A stretch of 64,000 nucleotides of DNA from Octopus sinensis (lineage: Eukaryota): positions 90,644,001 to 90,708,000 of the forward strand of contig NC_043004.1 in NCBI RefSeq assembly GCF_006345805.1. The letters are read 5' to 3'. The position numbers and the translations under genes are program-made. How positions within the stretch are numbered: position 1 is the stretch's first letter; each line of letters opens with the position of its first letter. The notes beneath the pieces were generated by a model, which had not been told where the DNA came from, made no database searches, and was given only the letters and a program-made list of their open reading frames with translations. Of the stretch, positions 33,526 through 46,349 are shown piece after piece.

Positions 33526-34602
33526 TAAACCTGCAAGACAAGAACTTCTCAAATGACAGTGAGATGTCTGTATGCATAGATGGCCACAGTTTTACTTCAC
33601 TTGATGTACCTTCTCAGGAAGTCTTGGTCCAAGGACACTAAAATAAGAAGAATGATAAAGCTAAAGTGAAGGATGAGTATAGTGTCTGTGCTTATTTGGC
33701 AAAAAAATGAAAAAAGCAAAGAAAAAACAACCCTATTCCAAAATATAACAAAAGTAATTTTTTCTTTTAGAAATTAACTCTAAATACTTCATCTGTCTCT
33801 CCCCCCCCCTCTCTCTCTGTATTTGTCTGTCTGTCTGGCCACCCACTCTTACTGACCTTGTGCCTCCCCTTAACTTTCTAAATAACATTTTTAATGGTTT
33901 GTTTTTAGAAATGCATGAATTTTCAAAGGTATAGATTATGATTATGTTGAAATAAATATAAAAATATTTTTTTCTTTAATCAGAGAAAAAATAAAAAATA
34001 AAAAAGGAAAAGAAATTTTTAAATTTTTAACCATTGAATAGCTTATTCTTGCATTTTAAAAAATATTCATGGACTTAATCATTTAACTTTAACAATGCAA
34101 AATGTGCTTTGCACATATCAGGCACTCAGGTAATGCCAGGTAACTCTGCTAGTATACTTATGTGTGTGTGTGAAAGGCGAAAGATGACCAAACCCTCCAG
34201 TTCTATTTTCACTTCTTAACTAGTGCTGACTTTTTTTTTTTTTATTTTGAAACAAACTGAAGAATTTCTATAATTAACAATTAATTGTATTAAATACATT
34301 TTACAGTTCTATATTTAAGAGATGTAAATACATTTTCTCTGATGTTTTGTAAATTAATATTTGTATTTCTTTTTCTTTTCAGATATATCTGATAGTTTAC
34401 AACATTCTGATGGCAGATGGGTGCCAAGTCAGTATTTACTTTAAGTTTTTCATATTGATACTGATTTAAAAAAATTTTCTTTCTTTTTTTGAATTGTAAC
34501 TTGTGCATTTATTAAACAGTGAGTGTTATTTAAAAATGAATTTGTATTGGAGTAAGAAAGAGTTGGAGGAAGATTCATGGTATTGTTATTTCTGTAGAGC
34601 AA

Positions 34603-35003
34603 ATCTTTATATATAAAAGTCAAGTTGTGTGTCTGTCTCCTACGATTTAGATTCCTAACTACTCCCACATTTTGCGGTGCAGTTTAACCAAAAGCAGGTA
34701 TCTTATAGTCGTGATTCATATCGAGCCCTTCTGGGTATTAGCGCGCGTCTACAATGAGTCTACGATTTTAAAAATAATTTACCATCATTTTTTTCCATTT
34801 TAATGCATTTTTTTTGCTATTATATAAGGGAAGTAACTCTCTAAAAATGTCTACGATGAGTCAACGATTAAAAAAAAAATTTACCATCATTTTTTCCCCA
34901 TTTTTAATGCATTTTTTTTGCTATATTTTGGCTATAACTCTCTAAAAATGCTTTGTAGTTATTTCCCTTACAAACCTGAGCAACGCCGGGCGACACTGCT
35001 AGT
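34603..35003 (-). mobile_element. Non-autonomous Helitron-like (DINE-1/Lep1/HINE-type) element
   Basis: Reverse complement begins ACTAGCAGTGTCGCCCGGCGTTGCTCAGG and ends TTTTATATATAAAGAT; two internal ~85-nt subrepeats; no TSD; second copy at 52720. Class assignment rests on end motifs only. Confidence 0.6.
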
Positions 35004-35100
35004 GTGTAATAAGAATGTTATTTGACATGCAAGCATGCTATTTAATAATGAAACAAAGGTGCTAAGCATCAAAGATCTCTAGAGGCCTTGTGATATAGTA

Positions 35101-35900
35101 TTGGGTCATCCCATAAATAATGCAGTTTTTTATACTTTTATTTTTCAATATTAAGATCAACAAATTTCTTTTTTAAGCTAAAATATACTCTCCTGCATTT
35201 TCAACAATGCTCTTCCATCTATATGATAGATTTGCAAGACTCCTGTTCCAAAATTCACTTGTCCATGACGAAAAATACTCCCCCAATACTGTATGAGCCA
35301 CATCTACAGAATTCATATTTTTTCTGTCCAAATGATTTTGGAGACTGTTGAATAAATGATAATCAGATGGGGCAATGTCCAGCAAATATGGTGGGTGGGG
35401 CATTGTTTCCCATTCAGACTGCTCCAGCCTTTGGAATGTCATCCTCGTTGTATGTGGCTGAGCATTATCCTGATGGAAGAACATCTTTTGTCTTTAAACC
35501 AAAGATGGTCGTTTTTCTTCTAGTGCAGGTGTCAATGAATGGTTGAATGACCAAATCCAAGCTTCTCTGCAGTTATGATGAGATTTTGTTCTACCAGAGT
35601 TTGCAAGACACCCTTGTCGAGCTCTACAGATCTTCTAGGATGAGGCTCGTCTTCTAGGCTGTAGTTTCCGGCTTGGAATTTCTGGAACCATCGTTGCCAC
35701 TAGCTTATGCTTATTGTCCGATCCCCATATACTGCATTAATATTCCTCACACTTTCTGTTGCATTGTTGCCTTTATTGAACACATAAAACAAAATATGCC
35801 AAATATGCTCCTTTGTCACTTCCATTAATGTTTTGAAAAATAACTGTTAAAATGAAATGGCACTCTTTAAAACTTGCACAAAGAATAAGGACAAGGTAAA
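35101..35900 (-). mobile_element. Internally deleted mariner (DD34D)
   Basis: TIR TTGGGTCATCCCATAAATAATGC after TA at 35099-35100; N-terminus MEVTKEHIWHILFYVFNKGNNAT (ATG 35825) fused via a deletion to FHQDNAQPH...PPYLLDIAPSDYHLF...W..IVENAGEYILA; other end not resolved. Confidence 0.85.
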
Positions 35901-36756
35901 ATTACTACCTGCTTTTATAGCAAGTTGATGCAGGTAGTTTATTCCCCCCACCCCCCAATTTTTTAGTCCATGCAATTGAAAAAAACCATGTCAAGATAAA
36001 AGACTCACATTTACACATGATGGGTTTCTTTATTTTTACCTACCAAATCCACTCACAATGCTTTGGTTGGTCTGGGGCCATGGTAATTGGACTGAATCTG
36101 AAAGCATGTGGTTGGGAAGTAAATTTCTTAACCAACCATAGTGCTGTACTTGCATCAAGAGAGAGAGAGAGAGAGACAAAAAAAGAGAAAATAAAAATGT
36201 TTTGAGTGTTGAAGTGATGTTGCCTTGGGAGGGCATTGCAGTATTGTATATGAATGGCCTTAAAATATACAGCAGTGATTTTGGAAATCATGTGAATGGC
36301 AATGTACATTGCTTCTAATAGAGATGGGATATCACGATATGTAGCCAAAGCCATTATGCCCTACCTACTTTGCTACCATTGGACTTAGAAAGAGGGTAGA
36401 TTTTTTTTTTTTTTATTGGAGAGGAAAGCAGAGGAGTTTCATCATAGCCGAGGTATGTGAAAGAAAAACTAAAACTGAAAGCAAAGAGTAAATTCTCACC
36501 TAGAAGTAAAACAAACTAGCTAACTATATGGTTGGAGTGGTTATAGTTACATCTGGATTGGTGTGCATAATAGGAGGGGAGGCACAAGAGTTCTACAGTG
36601 TGGGTTAAAAGAACTGGAATGTTCTTAAGAAACTTCAATGTTGCTCAGCACTATTAACTATTAACAGGAGTGATACTGTCAGAAAGTGCTGAATTTTTGT
36701 GAAATTGTTTATACATACATACGTACGTACATATTCACTCGTGCACACACACGCAC

Positions 36757-37656
36757 AAAATGTGTTTAAAAAATATCCAACTTTATTTTTCCCCACCAAA
36801 ATTTTTACTGTGTGAGCAAATTCCTTTGGGTGAGAGGTGGCGCCACCCTTCCTGCACATGCATGAAATTTTTGCACCTGTAGGTCACATCAGTTTCCAGC
36901 TGTTACACTTAGAGTACAGACGTATAGTACACACACATCAGATTTTTGTTTTCATGCAAGTTGACCAAATGCATTGAGCAGAGACCATAAACCCATGTCA
37001 CATCACCAGTGAGGATGATCTTCATGAAGTCTAGGGCATGGTTTGCATGGTTCAGAATGTCTTGAATAATTTCCATATGGAGTTGCTTCTGCTGCTCCAC
37101 CATCAGCCTGGGGAGGAATTTTGTCAACAGTCCCCCACATTAAAATGGAATGCAGTGATACTGTGTTTATTCCCACTTCATGATTAAGTTCCTTGATTGT
37201 TGCATGACAGTCTCCCATGACTGTTTGCCGAACCTTCTCAATTGGCTCCTTGTTTTGGTTTGTGAATTGTCTGCCTGAGTGTACTTTGCTCTTCACTGAA
37301 GTGCAGCAATGTTTGAAGTGGTCATGCCACTCCTTGATCTGAGTTTTGCACATGGCATCATTGCCAAATGTCTTCTGAATCTTCTGGATAGTTTCAGCTT
37401 GAATATCACCAACCTTTTAGCAAAACTTGATGCATTTTCTCTGTTTGATGCATTTTATGAAAATAAAAATCTGATTAGCATGGACTACACGTCTGTATTC
37501 TAGGTGCAACAGCCAGTAACTGGCAAGGCCTGCTCATGCAAAAATTTTCTTGCATGTACTGGAAGGGTGGCGTCACCTTCCACCCAAAGGATTTTGCCCA
37601 TGTGACATTAATTTTGGCAGATAAAAATGAAGTTAGATACTTTTTGAATGCACCTC
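36757..37656 (-). mobile_element. Non-autonomous mariner with ~215-bp inverted arms
   Basis: Arms about 36757-36972 and 37437-37656 are inverted homologues (36823-36852 vs 37561-37590, 27/30); interior encodes QRKCIKFC...KTQIKEWH..F...SGR...KF.PRLM.EQQK...IILTGDVTWVYG. Confidence 0.8.
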
Positions 37657-37741
37657 CCTCCCTCCCCCCTCTCTCTTTCTCACACACACATGCAAATAGG
37701 TTTGGTGATGAAAACAAGGAAAAATATAAGTCAAAACATGA

Positions 37742-37799
<58 letters not shown>

Positions 37800-38014
37800 T
37801 TATGTTTTGAGTTATGTGTTTTGTGTGAAAAAGGGAGAGACACAGAAAGAGGCACGCATATATATGGCTGCATGCCTGTGCTTCTGAAATAAATAATTTA
37901 AAATAAATTAGTCATTCACATATGTGAAATGTGAGATGTTAAATTTGATGAGTTTCATTTTCAGTTCTCATGAGTAGAGAGATTAATAGTTCTTAATGTT
38001 GCCTCCAGTGTCAT

Positions 38015-38335
38015 CAGAAGCATAGCTATCTTCACTGATCCCACCACCGTACTAATATTATAGGAATTTCCCCCCATCATTGATACCACCACCATCACCA
38101 CACTACTACTGTTACTGATACCACTTCCATCACAACCACACTACTACCAAAGGCTGAGCTACCTTTGCTGATACCATCATCACAAGAAGCATTGCTACCT
38201 TCATGGATACCATCACCACTACTACCATAAGCTTTGCTGCTTTTCTTATACCTCTACCATCACAGCACCAGAGGCATTTCTACATTCACTGATGTCACCG
38301 GGACATGCATTGTCACTTTTGCTGATACCATCACA
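38015..38335. repeat. Degenerate minisatellite of GCATTGCTACCTTCACTGATACCATCACC-like units
   Basis: About six imperfect recurrences; no ORF of 60 aa or more spans it. Confidence 0.5.
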
Positions 38336-38363
38336 CACACTAAAGGTATGGGAGCCTCTATGT

Positions 38364-38784
38364 CAAGGGCTAGCAAAGTGGTCAATATCAACCCCTAGGC
38401 TTTATGTGGCTATCCAGGGGTTGATAAACATCTGAAATGATTTTGAACACTAAAACTAAATCTGGAAGTGTGTGGAAATTTCAAGCTATATTTAAAATAA
38501 TTTCCAGCCAAATATTGATGCACTAACTAATATTCACTAAACGCATGTCTCACATTAATTATTCTGAGCATATCAATATGATATGACTGAATATTTGTTC
38601 TTTAAGTATTTCGTATTTAAAAGAGTAATGACACAAAAAAAACCACAAAATAATTACTGTTTTTAAGTAAAATTGTTATTAATTATGCATTTTAATTTTA
38701 TTTTAGAAATTTACATAATTGGGGTTAATAAGTTATCTGATTCCTTGCAGGGGTCAGTGATATAAGAAGATTGCTGACATCCTG
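38364..38784. mobile_element. Older hAT-like non-autonomous element
   Basis: Ends CAAGGGCTAGCAAAG / ATTGCTGACATCCTG resemble CAGGGGTCAGCAAAC-type TIRs; flanks CTCTATGT / CTCTACAG (5/8). Confidence 0.45.
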
Positions 38785-39414
38785 CTCTACAGTGTCACTC
38801 TATCTGTGAGAACAGCAATGAAATTCTCTTAAATTATATCCTATCGTCTTGAGGGAAATTACACATCAACCAATATATTGGGCCTTATATATAAAAAGAC
38901 AAGTTGGTCATAGTGAAAAGCCTTTGATCACAGTTTTTCTCAATCAAAACTGATCTGGTGATGAATAACACCATCAGTATAAAAAAACCTAACCTCTTTC
39001 ACTGGGTACTGTCACCACCATTGTTATTGCCAGCTCCACTGGTCCCACTTCTACCAATGTAACCATCATTACCACCAACTAGTGAGCCACTGCCATCACC
39101 ATCTTCACCTACAATAAGTAAAATGATGGGCACTCAATCATCATCCACATTAAGATAGTGCTATAAGCACTATCTTTAGGCTTGCCGACTTTGCTGCTAA
39201 CTTTAGAGCCACTACTGATATCATTGTTATCATCAATGCTATCATTTATACTGCTGTTGCTGCCCCCTGTTAGGTTACAGGTGTCCCTTTGGTTTTGCAG
39301 TCCTGATTGAAGCATAAACTAGATCTCGTGGGTTGCATAAGGACAGTTACTCCTAAGAACACTATTCATAGTGTAGGCCAAAATAAATGGATAAAGAGGT
39401 CAATATACATTATA

Positions 39415-39645
39415 GGCGGCGAGCTGGCAGAATCGTTTGCACGCCGGGTGAAATGCGTAGCTGTATTTCGTCTGTCGTTACGTTCCGAGTTCAAATTCCG
39501 CCGATGTCGACTTTGCCTTTCATCCTCTCGGGGTTGATAAATTAAGTACCAGTTACGCACTGGGGTCGATATAATCGACTTAATCCCTTTGTCTGTCCTT
39601 GTTTGTCCCCTCTGTGTTTAGCCCCTTGTGGGTAGTAAAGAAATA
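39415..39645 (+). mobile_element. Second tRNA-derived SINE family (GGCGGCGAGCTGGCAGAA head)
   Basis: A-box-like TGGCAGAATCG, B-box-like GAGTTCAAATTCC (39487-39499), body GCCTTTCATCCTCTCGGGGTTGATAAATTAAGTACCAG, tail GTCTGTCCTTGTTTGTCCCC...GTAGTAAAGAAATA. Confidence 0.8.
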
Positions 39646-39860
39646 AATATACATTATTATAATTTATTAATAATATCAATAATAAAAGAAGGAAAGAATT
39701 TTAGGTATTACCAAAGTTTGTGTGCAGAGATATGTGGCGAAAAACTCAACCACATGTACTGTATGTACTGTACTATTAAGTAGAGGTATGAGAATGAGAA
39801 CGGAAACAGCAGTTGTTGAAATGAATACATACAGTTCTTTTCAAGACTGACACTTTTCAA

Positions 39861-40061
39861 CTCTAGGCACAAGGCCTGAAATTTTGGGGGAGGAGGCCAG
39901 TTGATTAGATCGATCCCAGTATGCAACTGGTACTTAATTTATTGACCCCGAAAGGATGAAAGTCAAAAGTCAACCTCGGTGGAATTTGAATTTAGAACGT
40001 AAAGACAGATGAAATACCACTAAGCATTTCGCCTGGCATGCTAACGTTTCTGCCAGCTTGC
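39861..40061 (-). mobile_element. Second SINE family, alternative-tail subfamily
   Basis: Same head and body on the minus strand but tail CCCCAAAATTTCAGGCCTTGTGCCTAGAG; further copies at about 9303-9502 (-), 17136-17350 (+), 51360-51580 (-), 51621-51825 (-), 61560-61640 (-) and 63690-63770 (-). Confidence 0.8.
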
Positions 40062-40297
40062 AACCTTTTGAAAACTAACACTTGATAGAAACAGTATGTA
40101 TCTGGTCCCTATAACTAGGGTAGATAATCATCAAGGGCGGATAATTAAGTTAGGGGTTCCAGTGACAAGAACAGGTTACCATAAGACAATATGATTGTAC
40201 ATAACTATATGTCTGTATTAAGTATTTCATTCAGTGCTGCTTAGTATGCCTCTATTTAATAATTTTCAGTTTCACAAAGCTTTTTGCATATCAACAA

Positions 40298-40428
40298 AAG
40301 GGCATCCAGCCGTAGAAACACTGCCAGATCTGACTGGGCCTGACGAAGCCTTCCAGCTTCACAGACCCCAGTTGAACCGTCCAACCCATGCTAGCATGGA
40401 AAGCGGACGCTAAATGATGATGATGATG
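40298..40428 (+). mobile_element. Short RTE 3' tail insertion
   Basis: AAGGGCATCCAGCCGTAGAAACACTGCCAGATCTGACTGG...CCCATGCTAGCATGGAAAGCGGACGCTAAATGATGATG, nearly identical to 27620-27750. Confidence 0.87.
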
Positions 40429-40980
40429 TACTATTTGCTAATCTAATACAAGAGTGACCTGTTTTTTTAGTGGCCATGAATGACAGAAGTTGATGAAATC
40501 TAATGTTATAGAAACGAATGTGACCTAAGGTCTAGTGTTACCATACATGGCCTAGCAGTGTGTTTACATTCATATTGTCTGTAAGGAGAATTTGTCCAAT
40601 ATACATGTGTCAAATATGATTTTACAGAAATATATGATTTTACAGAAATAAATTTTCATTTGATGCTGCTTAGCAAGTTCTAATATATGTATATATTACG
40701 AAATGAATAAATAGTTGAAAATATTTATATAGAGATTATCATTAATTATTATCATTAGTAAGATGAAAGTGGCCAGCAAGCAAAAGCCGATAAATAGCAA
40801 ATCCAAAATTTTATAATTATAATAGGGCACATGAGATGCCAGCATTGCTGTGAAAATCAGTTGAAAAATCCTCTAAAAAAACCACCAATCACTGGAAATG
40901 TAACAAGCACAATAATTAATAATAATATCTATATAAATGTTTATTCATTTAGTAATTTTATATACTGACACCATTTTTGA

Positions 40981-41361
40981 ATTTGGGCCTAGCTTTTCAA
41001 CGGTTACCAAGAACAGTGAAATGAGCAAAGTTTTTAACCCTAGGTATATAGTGAGACCTGCTGATGAGGTACCAGCATTGCTGCGAAAGTCAGAATCTAA
41101 AAATCTTCTAAAAAAAAAAAACCCACCAATCACTGGAAATGTAACAAGCATAATAGAAATCGGACTACAGGCAAAGAAATTAACTTACTGTCTAGGCAGA
41201 AAGCCATAGAAGGAGGAAATAGATATCCCTGGATCAATTGATTTTGAATTTTGAGAGTTTACTTCACATAATTCTATTCAGCAGGTCTTACTATATACCT
41301 AGGGTTAAAAACATTGCTCATTTTGCTGTTCTTGGTAATCGTTGAAAAGCTCGGGCCAAAT
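40981..41361. repeat. 84-bp inverted repeat pair with a 213-nt spacer
   Basis: 40981-41064 is the reverse complement of 41278-41361 with 7 mismatches (counted by hand). Confidence 0.9.
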
Positions 41362-42757
41362 TTTATATATATATATTATATTATATTCATCTTCATCATT
41401 TTAATATCCACTTTCCCATGCTTGCATGGGCCTTCATTGAGGCAAATTTTCTACTACCAGATACCCTTACTGTCATCAACCCTCACCTGTTTACAAGCAA
41501 GGTGATATTTCCCTTGACTGGACAAGGTTTCACAGGAAATAAGGAACAAATGATACTACTTGTATAATAGTAACTCATGCTTATAACTGTCACATCATGT
41601 TAAGACAAGGACAGATACACGATTGGCTTCTTTCAGTTTTTGTCTTCTAAATCTATGCATTAGGGTTTGGTCAGCCCAAGGGTCTAGTAGATGCTTGCCC
41701 AAGGTGCCCTACTGTGGGACTGAACCTGAAACTATGTGGTTAGGAAGCAAACTTCTTAACCACACAACCATATTTGTGTGTGTGTGTCTGTGTGTGCATG
41801 CATGCATGCATGCAAATACAAGAGCTTACACTTATATACACACCACACCATACACACTAAATTACACATTTGTAAATACACAGGAACACAAAGATACACG
41901 TCTATTCCGACATTTCAGCAACCCCTTCCCCAACACACTGTGAAGTGTGAAATTAGGTAAATTTAAAATATATGATTATAGGTAAATAGATAAAAAATAT
42001 AAAGATATAATCTTCTATTATTAATGCAATAAGTTTGGGATCAGACTGATTTCATTGTTACTTAAGGATTAATAAGGTTCTTTCCCAAGTTGCTGAGCAT
42101 AAAAAAAATGATGGCTGATGGGTTATGAATACATAGATCTGTGAAATCATGTCTGTATGTATGTATTTTTGCTGTGAAATTATGACTAATAACCTATGCT
42201 GTATTGTCTATTAATCATTGCCTGACGATCAGTTTTGTATGCTTGACATCTTGCAAAGGATAGATAAGTGAAGCCTGATGAATTTTTAAATAATAATGAA
42301 ACTAATCAGTTAAAACCTCATCACACAGTCAAAAAGTCCTTCATTGAGATTTATAATGTATATTCAATACTGTTTCTTCACAAATTGCTACTCCCGGCTT
42401 TTTGCTGTTGCTTTCCATTCTGCCTAACAATATTCTGTAATCTTTTATTTAATTCTATACACCACTGAGTCATCATTATTTGCTTATATTTTAGAGTTAT
42501 TGCTGCAGTAGTATGGTAATACTTAGTCTCTTGTGTTTCCATGTTCAACATTCTATTTCGGTTAGTGTATTCTAGGAACCCGATTTCTTTCGGTGCTTAT
42601 TCTTACATATCAACATATTCCTAGTTTTAGTTTGAACTCAGAAACCTTATTTTGTAAATTGAGCTTCATTGTTCTTTTTCATCATACAGGTTCTAAATTT
42701 AATGTAACCAAAGAAGATATCCCTAATTTACTATGTTATGATTAATAATGTTGAGTT

Positions 42758-43157
42758 GCATGGCTGTGTGGTAAGTAGCTTGTTTACCAACCACATGGTT
42801 CCGGGTTCAGTCCCACTGCGTGGCACCTTCGGCAAGTGTCTTCTACTGTAGCCTCGGGCCGACCAAAGCCTTGTGAGTGGATTTGGTAGACGGAAACTGA
42901 AAGAAGCCCGTCGTATATATGTTTATATTTTTATGCGTGTGTGTGTTTGTGTGTCTGTGTTTGTCCCCCTAGCATTGCTTGACAACCGATGCTGGTGTGT
43001 TTATGTCCCTGTTACTTAGCGATTCGGCAAAAGAGGCCGATAGAATAAGTACTGGGCTTACAAAAGAATAAGTCCTGGGGTTGAGTTGCTCGATTAAAGG
43101 CGGTGCTCCAGCATGGCTGCAGTCAAATGACTGAAACAAGTAAAAGAGTAAAGAGTA
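42758..43157 (+). mobile_element. tRNA-derived CORE-type SINE (octopus OR-like), complete
   Basis: A-box-like TGGCTGTGTGG, B-box-like GGTTCAGTCCC (42804-42814), MIR-CORE-like GTGGCACCTTCGGCAAGTGTCTT, central TA/TG microsatellite, tail ending CTGAAACAAG(TAAAAGAG)n. Many copies in the window; the family name is by resemblance only. Confidence 0.8.
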
Positions 43158-44271
43158 CTGAAAACTGCGTCTTTGTATTCACCTTGCCATATTCCCGATG
43201 ATAATACATTTTCTCCCCTTCAAGACTCCCTTTATCTTCAGATTTTCATGTTTTATGGTAAAAAAAAAAACAACATACTTTAGAAATGTTTGACTATGAA
43301 GAAATCATTGCATGTGGGAAGTGTTAACCATCGTGATCAACTGACTAACCAACTGAAATGTTGTTTATAAACTAAAAACCTGAAGATGAAGTTTAGTAAA
43401 CCAGTTTATTAAATTGGGTTAATGTTGTTACTTATAAATAATTGAAAGCACGTAGCATTTTTATAAACTCAGTTTGCAACCTGTTTGCGGTTTTGCAAAC
43501 AATTTAGTTGCACTTTTTGGATTAACCATACACTTTAAAGCAGAGAGATTCTGTAGGCACATTAGATGAATATTTGTTACATCAGTGAACATACACACCA
43601 TCTGTTGGCACCATCTTCAAAGGATCAAGTTACTTATTCTGTGAGATGACAAATTAACTTGTTGTTATGGCATATCTTTTGACGCGTGTACCTCATCAAC
43701 AACAGAATATTGTTATTTTATTATTATTGGTAGTGAGTTGTTGGTGGCAGAAGGTTGTTGATTCTAGTAGCACCAGAATGATGGATTAAAACCCTAGAGG
43801 TATTTAGTTATACTCTTTCGCTGTTCTGGAATTAATGGAATATGCACTTGTACTAGGGTTAATGTAATTGACTAGGATGTCTAAAATCCATGGTCTTGAG
43901 CCTACATTAGAGGGTAGTAAAAGGCAGAATCAGTGGTGTACAAAAATGCCTTGTGGTTTTTTTGCTAAGTCCCTTATATTCTCAGTTCAAATCCTGTTGA
44001 TTAACTTTGTGTTCCTTTTTCCAGAATCAATAAAATACAGTGTCAATCAAGTAATAGGGTTGATTTAATTGATTATATCCCGTTAGATGGATGTGCTGTA
44101 CATTGTATCACTATTCATCTTAGTACTGAGCTGTTTTGTCTGAGGCTCAATCTTTGTCATTCTCATTTTCACCTCTGTTGCCAAGAGTACTGTTTATTGT
44201 CAGTATATTGATACCTTTCAACCAGCATGTCCACTACATATTATCCATTTCTAGGGCTTATAATGTTTTAA

Positions 44272-44491
44272 CTCTTTTGATACCAACCTGCCTGAAACTT
44301 CTTCTGGCTCTGTAGTACAAATGTCTTATTTTCAAAAGTTCTTAATTAAAATCTTCCACCAAACCTTAGTCACAATTTATGTTCCTAACACTAGCTTAAT
44401 GATAACTAAGTTACTTTACTAAATCCTTTGTTATATTTAAAATTAATTGAAAGAAACAGAGCATCTCAACAGAAATATAGTTACAAAAGGG
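44272..44491. mobile_element. piggyBac-type MITE, 220 bp
   Basis: TTAA on both sides (44268-44271; 44492-44495), imperfect TIRs CTCTTTTGATAC / GTTACAAAAGGG. Confidence 0.7.
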
Positions 44492-46315
44492 TTAAATTAA
44501 TTATGTCAAAATCTTTAGCATTGATTTAAAATTATTCATATTCTTAGAATTAATTTTCATCATAAAAGTAGAAGCTGAATGAAGAATGAATAATCTGAGC
44601 AACAAATATAATATTTTTTGACTAATTTGATAATGAGATAACAGGCACTCTAGTGTAATCAGTAATATGATCGCTGTGTGTGCAACAGACAAGTTTGAGT
44701 CTTATTAACTGGTCTATTTTTTTCATATGTTTCTATTATTTCATTAAAACTTTTGCCATTGATTTATTAAACTATTGTTATTATTTTATGTTATGGTATT
44801 GGATGGAACTTTTTCTAGCACCACGTTTCACCACTTGTTGCAGTCTCTTGATATTTCCTTCATTGGGTTCAGCATCTTCAGATTGGTCTACATTAGCGCT
44901 CTGCAATCATTTTTCACTTGCGATACACTTATATTCTTTTCAAAATTTGGTGGCACACCTGAACTAAAAATATAACCAAAAGTATAGGGGAAAAATTATA
45001 TTCAGGTTACACTGTGGCACACCTAGCGTTGTCTTGTGGAACACCAGTGTGTCGCAGTATACCAGTTGTGGAGCACATGATCTCTCTCACACATACACAC
45101 AAACACATATGATCATCACCTCTTGTCCTGCCTATTCTATTTTGTCTTTCTGACAGAAAGGCATGGAATAGGTAGGACAAGAGGTCACAGAATGTGTGAT
45201 GAAAGAACTCTGACAAATAAACTAATAATAATGATGATACTAAAGTGAAGATCAAATAAATAGTGCATGTGTTTTATTGGCAAAAGATGGCCATCCCCAA
45301 ATATAACAATATTTGATTTAACTCATGATTTCACATCAAAAATCTTGCAAAAGAAATACATAAATCTACATACATGTATCGCGCAGTTAAACCATTGGGA
45401 GTGAAGGACTCCTAGCCTTTGTCAGGGCATCCTTGTAGGAGAAGGCAACTCAGGTAACTGGGATATCTCCGACATAAAACCTGCGGCTCAGTGGTTACCG
45501 ATGATGTTGACTTGTTCTTCTTTTTGGATTATGGCTGCTGTTGCTTAGTGAGTGGGATTGACTCAGTGCACAGCCTTTCCTCACTTAAAAAAATCTTCTT
45601 GCACAGGCACTGCACGATAACAACATTGATTAAGCTTCGTGCAATGGCCATACTCGATAACGAGGGGGCAGCCACCATGTAAATGCACACACTCACATAC
45701 ACTTATGTATAGAAGACACACTCAGACATACATACCCACATATGTATGACTTCATATTATGATTGTAGCTTCTCCGTGTATCACTGTTGTTGAAACAGGC
45801 ACAGAGTGGAATCTCTCACCATTTCTACCAAAGCAACATTTTGGAGTACGAGTACAAATCTCAAATTTTGATTAATCACTCTAGAAAGCATTCTGAAACT
45901 AGTCTCAATCTTATTTATCATTCTTGAGCAATCTACCCTAAATATTTTCTTTAGTTAACAAGAGGCTTCTTAATGCGTGTTGTTATAGTCCTTCTGGAAA
46001 CTGTTGTCAGCAGTTCTGAATTCTGATAATTGCTGTTGGGTTTTCTTTTTTTCCAGAAGAGCTAAAAATTTCACTCTTCTGTCTCTTGTACATGTTGTAG
46101 TTCCAGGTCTACCAGATTCTCTTATCCATGCAGTAGAACAAGTTTTCTGGTAGTGTAGAGACATACTCTCTTTATTGAGGCAGAAAAATAGGTGTTCTCT
46201 TCTTTAATAGTTTGTGTACTTCAGAATAGGTTATGCTTGCTCCACAAAGAACAACTTTTGATTTTTTTAATACCGACAACAATATAATTTTTTTCCTCTC
46301 TTTGAAAGCACATCT

Positions 46316-46349
<34 letters not shown>

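Noticed and set aside
38015-38335. Mucin-like Thr-rich exon of the host gene
   Set aside because: Stops interrupt the frames and there are no convincing splice sites; treated as a degenerate minisatellite.
42270-42315. Hammerhead-like CTGATGA...GAAAC
   Set aside because: Stem II is weak and AT-only and stem I does not pair; plausible by chance in AT-rich DNA.
45396-45470. HDV-like ribozyme or RTE 5' end (GGAGT/ACTCC and CTCCTA/TAGGAG alternative stems)
   Set aside because: Helix order does not fit the HDV double pseudoknot; no downstream ORF; left unassigned.
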